A DNA stretch of 64,000 nt from Octopus sinensis. Its lineage: Eukaryota. Of the stretch, positions 50,101 to 62,277 are shown one piece after another. The stretch is taken from assembly GCF_006345805.1 (NCBI RefSeq), contig NC_043004.1, forward strand, positions 37,758,001 through 37,822,000. The letters run 5' to 3'. The position numbers were made by a program, and so were the translations under genes. How positions within the stretch are numbered: the first letter of the stretch is position 1; every line of letters begins with the position of its first letter. Under the pieces are notes generated by a model. That model saw only the letters and a program-made list of their open reading frames with translations. It did no database searches and was not told the DNA's origin.

Positions 50101-53100
50101 GACAACCAGTGTTGATGTGTTTAATAAGTCCTGGGGTTGAACTTAAAACCCTTCAAGGATCTCATAATGCTTAATGAAACAGTCTGAACTTTTCTAAATT
50201 ACCCAACAGCATTTCTATTTTCTTACTGCAATAGTGTCTCTTTTTAGTTCTGTTTGTTGTCTGTATTTGAAAATTTATTCTGCTTTCTTAATGCTTAACT
50301 TGTGTTTTAATCATAAATTTTCATAATTTGTCATGCATCACAACATTTGTGAGATTTCTTCATCATTACTGTAATCTGAAAAGTTCTTTTGAGGTAAGTT
50401 GCTGTCTTACTTTAGAACAATATCACTCTAAATTTTCAAACAAGGCCTCCACTTACTTGCTGGAGTTGTCTTGTTTATTTTTTTGTATTCAAAAGTTCAT
50501 TCTCTTATCTTCAATGTGTCTTAGTGTTTTAATGTTTATAAGTTCAGATGATTCACCCGGCATCGCAACTATCAAAAGAAGTTTTGATGTTGCTCTATCA
50601 TGTGTATGCTACACTGACATGACCTAATCTGGATTAGAGTTAGGAACACAGAAAATTCAGAAAGCCAAGGTGTGTTAGTACCTCCTCACGCTCACTTAAG
50701 AAATGTTTCTCAACAATAACTCTGTCATTATTGATGGCTCAGGTACTTTAGTATTACTTGATGTAATTTTATTTGCAAGAACTCATCTCAAAGATATGTA
50801 ATGATTTTTTAATTTGCCTCCTCACCAGGTAACAGGAAGTAATAAAGGGATTGGCTATGCCATTGTCAGAGCTCTGTGTAAAAAGTTCAAAGGAGATGTG
50901 ATAGCAACAGGTAAGCTTATTATTATTATTGTTCTCAAGTTGGAGTACGTGCACTCCAAAGAGTATGCCACAAAAATTGTGGCTGGTGAGTGAAGTTTGT
51001 AAAAACAGTGGAACCATTACTGACTAGTTAATCTGTCTTATTAAAAATGTAATACTAAGTTTAATGAAATTTATATCTTTTAAAAGTAATAAAAGTGCAA
51101 GGCTGAGAATTTGTGTTTGGAGAGATGGGGGCAATTGATTATATTAAACCCAGTACTTGACAGGCATTTTATTTTGCTGACCCTAGAAGGTTGAAAGACA
51201 AAGTTGATTGCAGCAGGATCTGAACTGTTTAAATTGAATTGGTAATAAATATTACATTTCTGTTGCCTGTTCAGTGGTCTCCAACCATTTTACACTATAT
51301 TCTTCCCATTGGGTTACACTAACATCTCTTGACATGATGACAGGGTATGGTAACAGAAAAGTTTGAATACCCTTGTACAAGACAATGAAAAACAAGCTAA
51401 ATATGAAGAACAGAAACAATAGCTAAAACCACAATCTAAGATGTTACCAGGCTTGTGTCAGAGTGGCAAGTACTGTACTGAAGGAGAATCAAAAGTTAAC
51501 AAGAGCACACATCAACTGGGACGCATCAACTTTGATTTAGATCTTCAGGTGGATAAAAATTGCAAAAAAAAGTTACTGGTTGTGATTTAAGGCACTCCTG
51601 GACACCTTTTATTGCCTAAACCAATCAAATTTAAATATCACTTTCAAAATTACTTTTTGCTTTGTCTTCAGATTTTATACAACAATAATATTAAATCTGA
51701 CTAAATTCTTTTTATTTTTCTATTTCTAAAGAAGAACCAATCTGTATTATATACAATTTATATTTTCACTGAGGTTTCATTGTCTATAATTAGTAGTGAG
51801 AATTATACATGAGTGAATATTATATGTGAATTAACTATAGAATAAATTAATCTTTACCTCCAGACTGTGTATTATGTAGATTTTGTCAATTCTCCAAAAC
51901 TTTCCACTGTCTTTCTCTCATTTTCTCAAGCTCGTGATGTTGGACGTGGGGAAGCAGCTATTGCAGAACTTGGCAAAGAAGGATGTCAGGCCAAATTCCA
52001 TCAACTTGACATCACAGACACTAAAAGTATTTCTGCTTTAGCAAACTATTTGAAAGAAACTTATGGAGGCCTTGATATCCTTGTCAACAATGCTGGTATA
52101 GCTTACAAGGTAGTATCCACCTTTCTGTACTAGTTGCTTTTGTGTTTTAGCTCTAGGTCAATCCTCTTCCAAGCTTTAAAATTGAGAGCCAGATGTACCA
52201 ATATAGCTAAAGTTTTATGCAAAATAGAATAATATATATGGTAGGCAAATTCATTATGTAAAAAATAGGCATTGGGTGAAGACTAAAAATGTGAAGACTT
52301 GACAGTAATTTAGGCAATAACTCAAGCAAATTTTACTGTGAATTTGTTGTTATAGGTAGATTTTACTGTAATATATTCTATTTATTGTACTAATTATGTA
52401 GCACTATTATTTTTTATAACTTATTTTCGAATTTCTAATTATCAATTAATAATTTTAAAAAATGAATTTTTAAAATTTAAAAGTGCAAAATATATTTTAA
52501 CTTAGTTATTTTTTTATTTTTAATAGAAGTAACAAGTAATAACTTGTAATAAATTTTTTAGTTTTAATAAAAGCTAATATTTTCTAAATCTTAGTATTTT
52601 ATTTGAAATTTTATCCTTAGCTACAGTATTTTAAGTAAAAATGTTCTTGTTCTGTACTTTACCAGATGTAATAACTTGTCCTGAACTTTTCCAGGTGTAA
52701 TAACTTGTCCTGTACTTTTCTATGTTTATAATTTTAAGAATATTATTTCTCTTGCTTGCATTTTTCCATGTAATAATAAATTAACTTCAAATAAATTTTG
52801 TATTTTTTATATTCTAGCAAGCATCAACTGCTCCTTTCACTGAACAAGCAGAGGTGTCATTGAAATGTAACTTCGCTGGAACTTTGGATGTTTGTCAACA
52901 AATCTTTCCCCTGTTGCGTCCTCATGCTAGGTATGTTTACACATGTATATACGCAGAAGGTGTGTATGTGGGGGTGTCTTTATTCTAGTCTTTATACTGC
53001 TTTCCCTGTGAATCTTTCTGTTTCATCTATGTGTAGATTATTATTTTTTGGCACCTCACAGCATGTGGTGTAACCTTTTACACATAATATTAAAAAAAAA

Positions 53101-53381
53101 TTTAGACTTTCTGTGAGGATTATCTCAGGTTGGAAACCAAATTAATGAGATCATATAATAAAGAACTAGCACATGATCAAGAATCTATTTTGTTACTCTT
53201 TAAATAAAATCTCATAGGTGTAGGAGTGGCTGTGTGGTAAGTAGTTGCTTGCTTACGAACTACATGGTTCTGGGTTCAGTCCCACTGTGTGGCACCTTGG
53301 GCAAGTGTCTTCTACTATAGACTCGGGCCAACCAAAGCCTTGTGAGTGGATTTGGTAGATGAAAACTGAAAGAAGCCCGTC

Positions 53382-53429
<48 letters not shown>

Positions 53430-56400
53430 GTATATGTTTTTGTGTCTGTGTTTGTCCACCCCCCTCAACATCGCTTGACAATTGATGCTGGTGTGTTTAC
53501 GTCCCCTAACTTAGTGGTTCAGCAAAAGTGACCGACAGAATAAGTACTAGGCTTCCAAAGAATAAGTCCTGGGGTCGATTTGCTCGACTAAAGGCGGTGC
53601 TCCAGCATGGCCACAGTCAAAAGACTGAAACAAGTAAAAGTAATTATATAAAAATAGTACCTAGTCTTGCAGCAAAGGTTGTTTTGGGTTAACAACATAC
53701 ATTAATAAGAATATATAACCAGGAATTGGACTGTTGCAATATTTAATTTTCTGAAATAAAGTCCCCATCCCACTGTCAATGTCACATCTCTTTCACTTAC
53801 ATATAGACACCTCATAAATATTTCTACATACAGGATGTGTGGTTCATTTAATGAAAAGTGAATGATGTTAATAAAACATTGAGCAACTCATCAGCCTCAT
53901 CATCATCATCATCATTACACCTTTAGTTTTCCAAATTGTCAGTGATTGGACAGATCCATATCAACATAGTGTTTTATCCATTTATTACATTCCTCTGTAA
54001 TTTCCTTTTGTGCAGTCCACTTTCTTACTTTTACTCACCTGTTCTTTAGTCTTCTGAAAACTCCCTCCACTGGCATATTTGGCATTTTTACATCCAGTTA
54101 GTGTCCTTGTGTATGGCATGCCCATACCAGAACTATCTTTTCTGTACATTATGGCTGATATTCTAATGCCAAGTTTTCTCTCTACAAACAGTCGTTCATG
54201 ATATGCTGATATTACTCATCTAGTAGAATATGCTTACCTCACTTCTTTTCAAACTTCATATATATAGGCGTAGGAGTGGCTGTGTGGTAAGTAGCTTGTT
54301 TACCAACCACATGGTTCCGGGTTCAGTCCCACTGCATGGCACCTTGGGCAAGTGTCTTCTACTGTAGTCTTGGGCTGACCATAGCCTTGTGAATGGATTT
54401 GGTAGATGGAAACTGAAAGAAGCCTGTCGTATATATATATATATCATCATCATCATCATCATCATTTAGCGTCCGTTTTCCATGCTAGCATGGGTTGGAC
54501 GGTTCAACTGGGGTCTGGGGAGCCCGAAGGCTGCACCAGGCCAGTCAGATCTGGCAGTGTTTCTACAGCTGGATGCCCTTCCTAACGCCAACCACTCCGA
54601 GAGTGTAGTGGGTGATTTTATGTGCCACCGACACAGGTGCCAGACGAGGCTGGCGAACGGCCACGCTCGGATGGTGTTTTTTATTGCCACCGACACAGGT
54701 GCCAGACGAGCTGGCAGACGGCCACGCTCGGATGGTTTTTTTTATGTGCCACCGACACAGGTGCCAGATGAGGCTGGCAGGTGCCAGACGAGGCTGGCAG
54801 ACGGCCACGCTCGGATGGTGTTTTTATGTGCCACCGACACAGGTGCCAGATGAGGCTGGCGGACGGCCACGATCGGATGGTGTTTGTTACGTCCCCAAAG
54901 CACGGAGGCCAGTCTATGCGGTACTGGCTACGGCCACGTTCGGATGATTTTCTGTGTGCCTGTCCACCGGCACTGGTACCCACAAGATACAAATTCCATT
55001 TATGTTCATCTATTTTGATTTGTTTTGATTTGATTTTGATTTTCACTTGCCTCAACAGGTCTTCACAAGTGTCACTTGCCTCAACAGGTCTTCACAAGTG
55101 TCACAAGAAGGAAGGTATGCACGGTGGACTGTCTACGTCACCGGGTCTTCGGATGGTGTCTTTATGTGCCACCGACACAGGTGCCAGATGTGGCTGGCGA
55201 ACGGCCACGATCGGATGGTTTTCTTGTGTGCCACCGGTACTGGAACCACAAAGATACAAATTCCATTGATGTTCATCTATTTTGATTTGGTTTGATTTTC
55301 ACTTGCCTCAACAGGTCTTCACAAGTGTCACGCGTGTCACACACTTGCCTCAACAGGTCTCCACAAGTGTCACACACTTGCCTCTGCCTCAACAGGTCTT
55401 CACAAAGTGTCACACACTTGCCTCTGCCTCAACAGGTCTTCACCACAAAGATACAAATTCCATTGATGTTCATCTATTTTGATTTGGTTTGATTTTCACT
55501 TGCCTCAACAGGTCTTCACAAGTGTCACGCGTGTCACACACTTGCCTCAACAGGTCTCCACAAGTGTCACACACTTGCCTCTGCCTCAACAGGTCTTCAC
55601 AAAGTGTCACACACTTGCCTCTGCCTCAACAGGTCTTCACAAGTGTCATAAGAGGAAGGTATGCACAGGTGGACTGACTACGTCGCCGGTCTTTGGATGG
55701 TGTTTTTATGTGCCACCGACACAGGTGCCAGGTGAGGCTGGCGAACGGCCACGATCAGATGGTGTTTGTTGTGCCCACAGCACGGAGGCCAGTCGATGCG
55801 GTACCAGCTACGGCCACTTCGATGGTTTTCTTGTGTGCCACCGGTACTTGGAACCACAAAGATACAAATTCCATTGATATTCATCTATTTTGATTGGTTT
55901 GATTTGATTTTGATTTGATTTTCACTGCCTCAACAGGTCTTCACAAGTGTCACACACTTGCCTCAACAGGTCTTCACAAGTGTCATAAGAGGGAAGGTAT
56001 GCACAGGTGGACTGACTACGTCGCCGGTCTTCGGATGGTGTCTATGTGTGCCACCGGCACAGGTGCCAGATGAGGCTGGCGAACGGCCACGATCGTGGTG
56101 TTTGTTTGCCCCTTCGGATGGTTTTCTTGTGTGCCACCGGTACTGGAACCACAAAGATACAATTCCATTGATATCATCTATTTTGATTTGGTTTGATTTG
56201 ATTTTGATTTGATTTTCACTTGCCTCAACAGGTCTTCACAAGTGTCACTTGCCTCAACAGGTCTTCACAAGTGTCACAAGAAGGAAGGTATGCACAGTGG
56301 ACTGTCTACGTCACCGGGTCTTCGGATGGTGTCTTTATGTGCCACCGACACAGGTGCCAGATGTGGCTGGCGAACGGCCACGATCGGATGGTTTTCTTGT

Positions 56401-59400
56401 GTGCCACCGGTACTGGAACCACAAGATACAAATTCCATTGATGTTCATCTATTGATTTGGTTTGATTTTCACTTGCCTCAACAGGTCTTCACAAGTGTCA
56501 CGCGTGTCACACACTTGCCTCAACAGGTCTCCACAAGTGTCACACACTTGCCTCTGCCTCACAGGTCTTCACAAAGTGTCACACACTTGCCTCTGCCTCA
56601 ACAGGTCTTCACCACAAAATACAAATTCCATTGATGTTCATCTATTTTGATTTGGTTTGATTTTCACTTGCCTCAACAGGTCTTCACAAGTGTCACGCGT
56701 GTCACACACTTGCCTCAACAGGTCTCCACAAGTGTCACACACTTGCCTCTGCCTCAACAGGTCTTCACAAGTGTCCACACTTGCCTCTCTGCCTCAACAG
56801 GTCTTCACAAGTGTCATAAGAGGGAAGGTATGCACAGGTGGACTGACTACGTCGCCGGGTCTTTGGATGGTGTTTTTATGTGCCACCGACACAGGTGCCA
56901 GTGAGGCTGGCGAACGGCCACGATCAGATGGTGTTTGTTGTGCCCCAGCACGGAGGCCAGTCGATGCGGTACCAGCTACGGCCACTTCGGATGGTTTTCT
57001 TGTTTGCCACCGTACTGGAACCACAAAGATACCAATTCCATTGATATTCATCTATTTTGATTTGGTTTGATTTGATTTTGATTTGATTTTCACTTGCCTC
57101 AACAGGTCTTCACAAGTGTCACACACTTGCCTCAACAGGTCTTCACAAGTGTCATAAGAGGGAAGGTATGCACAGGTGGACTGACTACGTCGCCGGGTCT
57201 TCGGATGGTGTCTTTATGTGCCACCGGCACAGGTGCCAGATGAGGCTGGCGAACGGCCACGATCGGATGGTGTTTGTTGTGCCCCTTCGGATGGTTTTCT
57301 TGTGTGCCACCGGTACTGGAACCACAAAGATACAAATTCCATTGATATTCATCTATTTTGATTTGGTTTGATTTGATTTTGATTTGATTTTCACTTGCCT
57401 CAACAGGTCTTCACAAGTGTCACACACTTGCCTCAACAGGTCTTCACAAGTGTCATAAGAGGGAAGGTATGCACAGGTGGACTGACTACGTCGCCGGGTC
57501 TTCGGATGGTGTCTTTATGTGCCACCGGCACAGGTGCCAGATGAGGCTGGCGAACGGCCACGATCGGATGGTGTTTGTTGTGCCCACAGCACGGAGGCCA
57601 GTCGATGCGGTACTGGTTACGGCCACGTTTGGGTGGTTTTCTTGTGTGCCACCGGCACTGGTACCACAAAGAATACAATTCCACTGATGTTCATCTATTT
57701 TGATTTGTTTTGATTTGATTTTGATTTTCACTTGCCTCAACGGTCTTCATAAGTGTCACAAGAAGGAAGGTATGCACAGGACTGACTACGTCCCAGGTCG
57801 GGGCCACGGGTTATGGCCTGACTAGTCTTGCCGGTCTTCTCATTCACAGCATACTTCCATAGGTCTCGGTCTCTAGACATTTCCTTAGTGAGACCTAAAG
57901 TTCGAAGGTCGTGCTTCACCACCTCGTCCCAGGTTTTCCTGGGTCTACCTCTTCCACAGGTTCCCTCCACTGCTAGGGTGTAGCACTTTTGCACACAACT
58001 ATCTTCATCTTTCTTGTCACATGACCATACCAGCGCAGCCGTCTCTCTTGCACGCCACAACTGACGCTTCTTAGGTTCAGCTTTTCTCTCAAGGAACTTA
58101 CACTCTGACGATTATGAACACTGACATTACAACATCCATCGGAGCATACTGGCTTCATTTCTTGCGAGCTTACGCATATCCTCAGCAGTCACGGCCCATG
58201 TTTCACTACCATGTAGCATGGCTGTACTACACATGCATCATACAGTCTGCCTTTTACTCTGAGCGAGAGGCCTTTTGTCACCAGCAGGGTAAGAGCTCTC
58301 TAAACTTTGCCCAGGCTATTCTTACTCTAGCAGTTACACTTTCAGCACACCCACCCCCGCTACTGACTTGGTCTCCTAGGTAGCGGAAGCTATCAACTAC
58401 TTCTAGTTTGTCTCCCTGGAACGTGGCAGAAGTTGGTCTCTGCATATTTCCAGTGTTTATTGCTCCTGAGCATTTGCCACAGACAAAAACTATTTTCCTA
58501 GTTAGCCTTCCTTTGACATTGCTGCACCTCTTATGTGTCCATAGCTTACACTTGGTGCATCTTATAGAGTTTCTACCTACAACCTTTTTACAGATCGAGC
58601 AGGGCCATCTACCTGAAGGCGTTTGTGATTGATCTACCTTCCTACTTATTAGAACTTTGGTTTTGGCTAGGTTGATTCTAAGGCCCTTCGATTCTAATCC
58701 TTGTTTCCACACCTGGAACTTCTCCTCCAGTTCTGATATGACTCAGCAATTAGAGCAAGGTCATCAGCATAGAGGAGCTCCCAGGGGCAACCTGTCTTGA
58801 ATTCCTCCGTTATTGCCTGGAGGACTATGATAAATAGGAGGGGACTGAGGACTGAACCTTGGTGGACCCCAACCTCTACCTGGAATTCTTCACTGTACTC
58901 GTTCCCACACCTCACCTTACTAGCAGCGTCTCTGTACATGGCTTGCACAGCTCTCACCAACCATTCTTCTATCCCTAGTTTCCTCATTGACCACCAGATA
59001 AGGGACCGGGGACCCTGTCAAAGGCTTTCTCCAAGTCAACACAAAAGCCAGGTACAAGGGCTTATCTTTGGCTAGGTATTTCTCCTGCAGCTGTCTTACC
59101 AGGATATAGCATCAGTAGTACTTTTCCCTGGCACGAACCCAAACTGCATATCATCTAAGGTAACTCTCTCTCTAATTAGTTGGGCTACAACCCTCTCCGT
59201 AACCTTCATTACCTGATCCAGCAGCTTGATGCCCCTGTAGTTATTTGTCTCTAGGGCGTCGCCTTTACCTTTGTAGCAGTTGACTATTATGCTGCTACAC
59301 CAGTCATTGGGTATGACCCCCTCGTGTATCACCTGGTTAACTATACGGGTGACTAAGCTATAGCCGACACCACCAGATATTTTGAGCATCTCTGCAGTAA

Positions 59401-62241
59401 TTCCTGATGGGCCTGGGGCTTTTCCCTTTTTTCATGCTTCTAATTGCCTTATCTACTAAGGACTGTTAACTCGGATTGCTGGTCCCTCTGTTGGGTCGAC
59501 ATTCGGCAGACTCTCTTTATCCCATTCATTTTCTTCATTCAGCAACCTATCATAGTGGCGTCTCCAAGTCTCTCTCTTTGCACCCTCATTAAGTGCAAGT
59601 GAACCGTCCTCCTTGCGAACACATTTCTCTCCTACCACGTCACGATTCTCTCTCACACACTGTCTTGCAACACACGAATACCTCAAGTCTTCATCCTCAC
59701 GACGCAGACATTGGCAAATTTTTCCTTCTCTGCTCCCCTCTGGCTAGATAGACCTGTCTCCTGGCTTCCCTTCTGGCAGACTGATACACTTCCTGCTAGC
59801 CCACCACCGTTCTTCCAGGCCTTCCAAGCCTTTTCTTTTGTCTAATAGCCCTGTCAACAATATTGTTCCACCACCACGTTATTTTGGGTCTTAAGGGGAC
59901 TTTGCACCAGCCACAGATCTGGTCAGCGCTTTCAGCAGGTTGTCCCTCAGAAGCGTCCAGTTGTCTTCTACCCCATGCGTAGCTATACTCCCTTCCATTT
60001 CGTCTAAAGCTTCAAATAACATATCTCTAAATCTCTGTCCATTCGCAGGGTCTTTAAGCTTCCAGACCCTTCTTCTCCATGTTGGTCGTCTTCTAGTCGC
60101 CCTCTTAGTCCTGATCCTAAAGTCACTAACTACCAGTCTATGTTGTGGGGTGCATTCTTCACTTGGGAAGGTTTTGGCATTTATAAGCAGCCATCTTTCC
60201 CTTTTTCTGGCAAGATATATATATATATATGTATGTATGTTTGTGTGCCTGTGTTTGTCCCCTCCAACATCTCTTGATAACCGATGCTGGTGTGTTTACG
60301 TCCCTGTAACTTAGCGGTTCGGCAAAAGAGACCGATAGAATAAGTACTAGGCTAACAAAGAATAAGTCCTGTGGTCGATTTGCTCGACTAAAGGCAGTGC
60401 TCCAGCATGGCCACAGTCAAATGACTGAAACAAGTAAAAGAGTATATATTAGGGGATTAATGCCCATGTTTAACTACCATATACATAAATCTTAACATAC
60501 AATCCATGCTCTATTCAGGAAGAGAAGCTTTTTGTTGCCAACAGCTGAACTTTTCCCACTCTACTCTTGCTGCTAAACTTTCACAACACTTACTTCTGTG
60601 GCTGAATGGATCTCAAAGGTAGCTGGAGCTCTCAACTACTTCTACCTTCCTTTCTGAGCAATTGAAGTATTTACTTACAACAACTCCTATACATCTATTA
60701 AATATGAAGTCTTTCTTTTCTGTCAGTCTGCCTTATATATTTCTTTGCTGCCCACAAGGGGCTGAACATAGAGGGGACAAACAAGGACAGACAAAGGGAT
60801 TAAGTCGATTACATTGACCCCCATTGCGTAACTGGTACTTTATTTATCGACCCCGAAAGTATGAAAGGCAAAGTTAACCTCGGCGGAATTTGAACTCAGA
60901 ACGTAATGACAGACGAAATACCGCTAAGCATTTTGCCCAGCGTGCTAACGTTTCTGCCAGCTCGCCACCTTCAATCCCACTGCCTTTAATCCCACTGTAC
61001 CCATAGCCTGAACTACGTAGACTGTGTAGAGTTCCTATTGATTCCCTTTCAGTATACTAAGTATATTTGTATCTACTTCCAATATCTCTGTCAGCAGTTG
61101 TGATCTATTTTATTTTCCGGTGCCTTAAACTTATCTTTACTAAGCTTGTCTTTCACATTAGACCTTTCTCCTAATTCTTTGATTGCTTTGACTACGAAAG
61201 TTAGGGCTTCACCATGCAGGAGTTGCCACAAACATCTTGTCTTCATTTCTGGAAAATCTAAAATCTTTCATGTGTGTATTCTTGTGGTATTTAGTTGCAT
61301 TCCTTTAGATTCTGAGTACAAGCACCACTCTGTTGTATACATACATCTTCTAAGTATCAAGCTATAAGTTTTACAGGTGATATTAATCAAATATATTCAT
61401 ATTTATATATACCCAGGCATATACATATATCTTCTAGGTTTGATAAAATAAGCATTATACAATAAGTTTTGGGGTTGATGTTAATCAACTATATTGTTGA
61501 GAGCTTTGGTCCAGTATGGTCATAGGTGAATAACTGAAACCAGTAAAATAATAAAATGAAGTAGTTTAGTCTTAAAGTGAAGATTGTTTTGTGTTAAAAT
61601 CTAATTAAGTAGATTAGTAATCAGACATATAAAACTCAATGTCAGCAAACCAATAATACCTTGACCTTGTTCTATCTCTACCTTTTATAAAAAAGTCAAA
61701 CTTATATGTTTATGTTTTATGTTTTAGAGTGGTTAATGTTTCCAGTATGGTCTCCATAATGGCACTTCAGAAATGCTCAAAAGAACTGAGAGAGAAATTG
61801 ACTTCTGCAGACCTGACTATTCCTCAATTAGAAAATTTGCTGGCTCAGTTTGTCACGTATGTATTAATTTCATCTTGGAGATATTATGCAGTTCCATCAT
61901 AAATCTTATAAGACAACATTCAAGTTACATTATTGTAGTGTTCAGTCTAAATTGCAGCGTGGAAGGTGTTTGTAAGCCATTTAAGAAACCCACAAAAGCC
62001 GTTCGATTCACTTCAACATTTAAGTTTAATTTGTCAAAATATTTTCATCGCTTTAAAACCGCGACCTGTTCACTGACAAAAATCCGTGCTGCATCTAAAT
62101 TGTTTTACTAAAACTGCTAACAAGGAAAGAGTGGGTCTCTATATGTGTCTCTGTCAACAAATCTGTGAGATATATAGCTATAGTTTATTCTCATTGTACA
62201 TTTGATATTGTTTCCAATACTGTTGATGTGTGTGTGTGTGT

Positions 62242-62277
<36 letters not shown>

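Noticed and set aside
54466-57740. Dozens of overlapping short ORFs in the arrays (also 48121-49892)
   Set aside because: By-products of GC-richer tandem repeats; no consistent frame, splice signals or protein motif
48208-57745. Repeat-spacer-like pattern suggesting a CRISPR array
   Set aside because: The intervening segments are themselves repeated, units derive from an RTE 3' UTR, the context is eukaryotic and there are no cas genes
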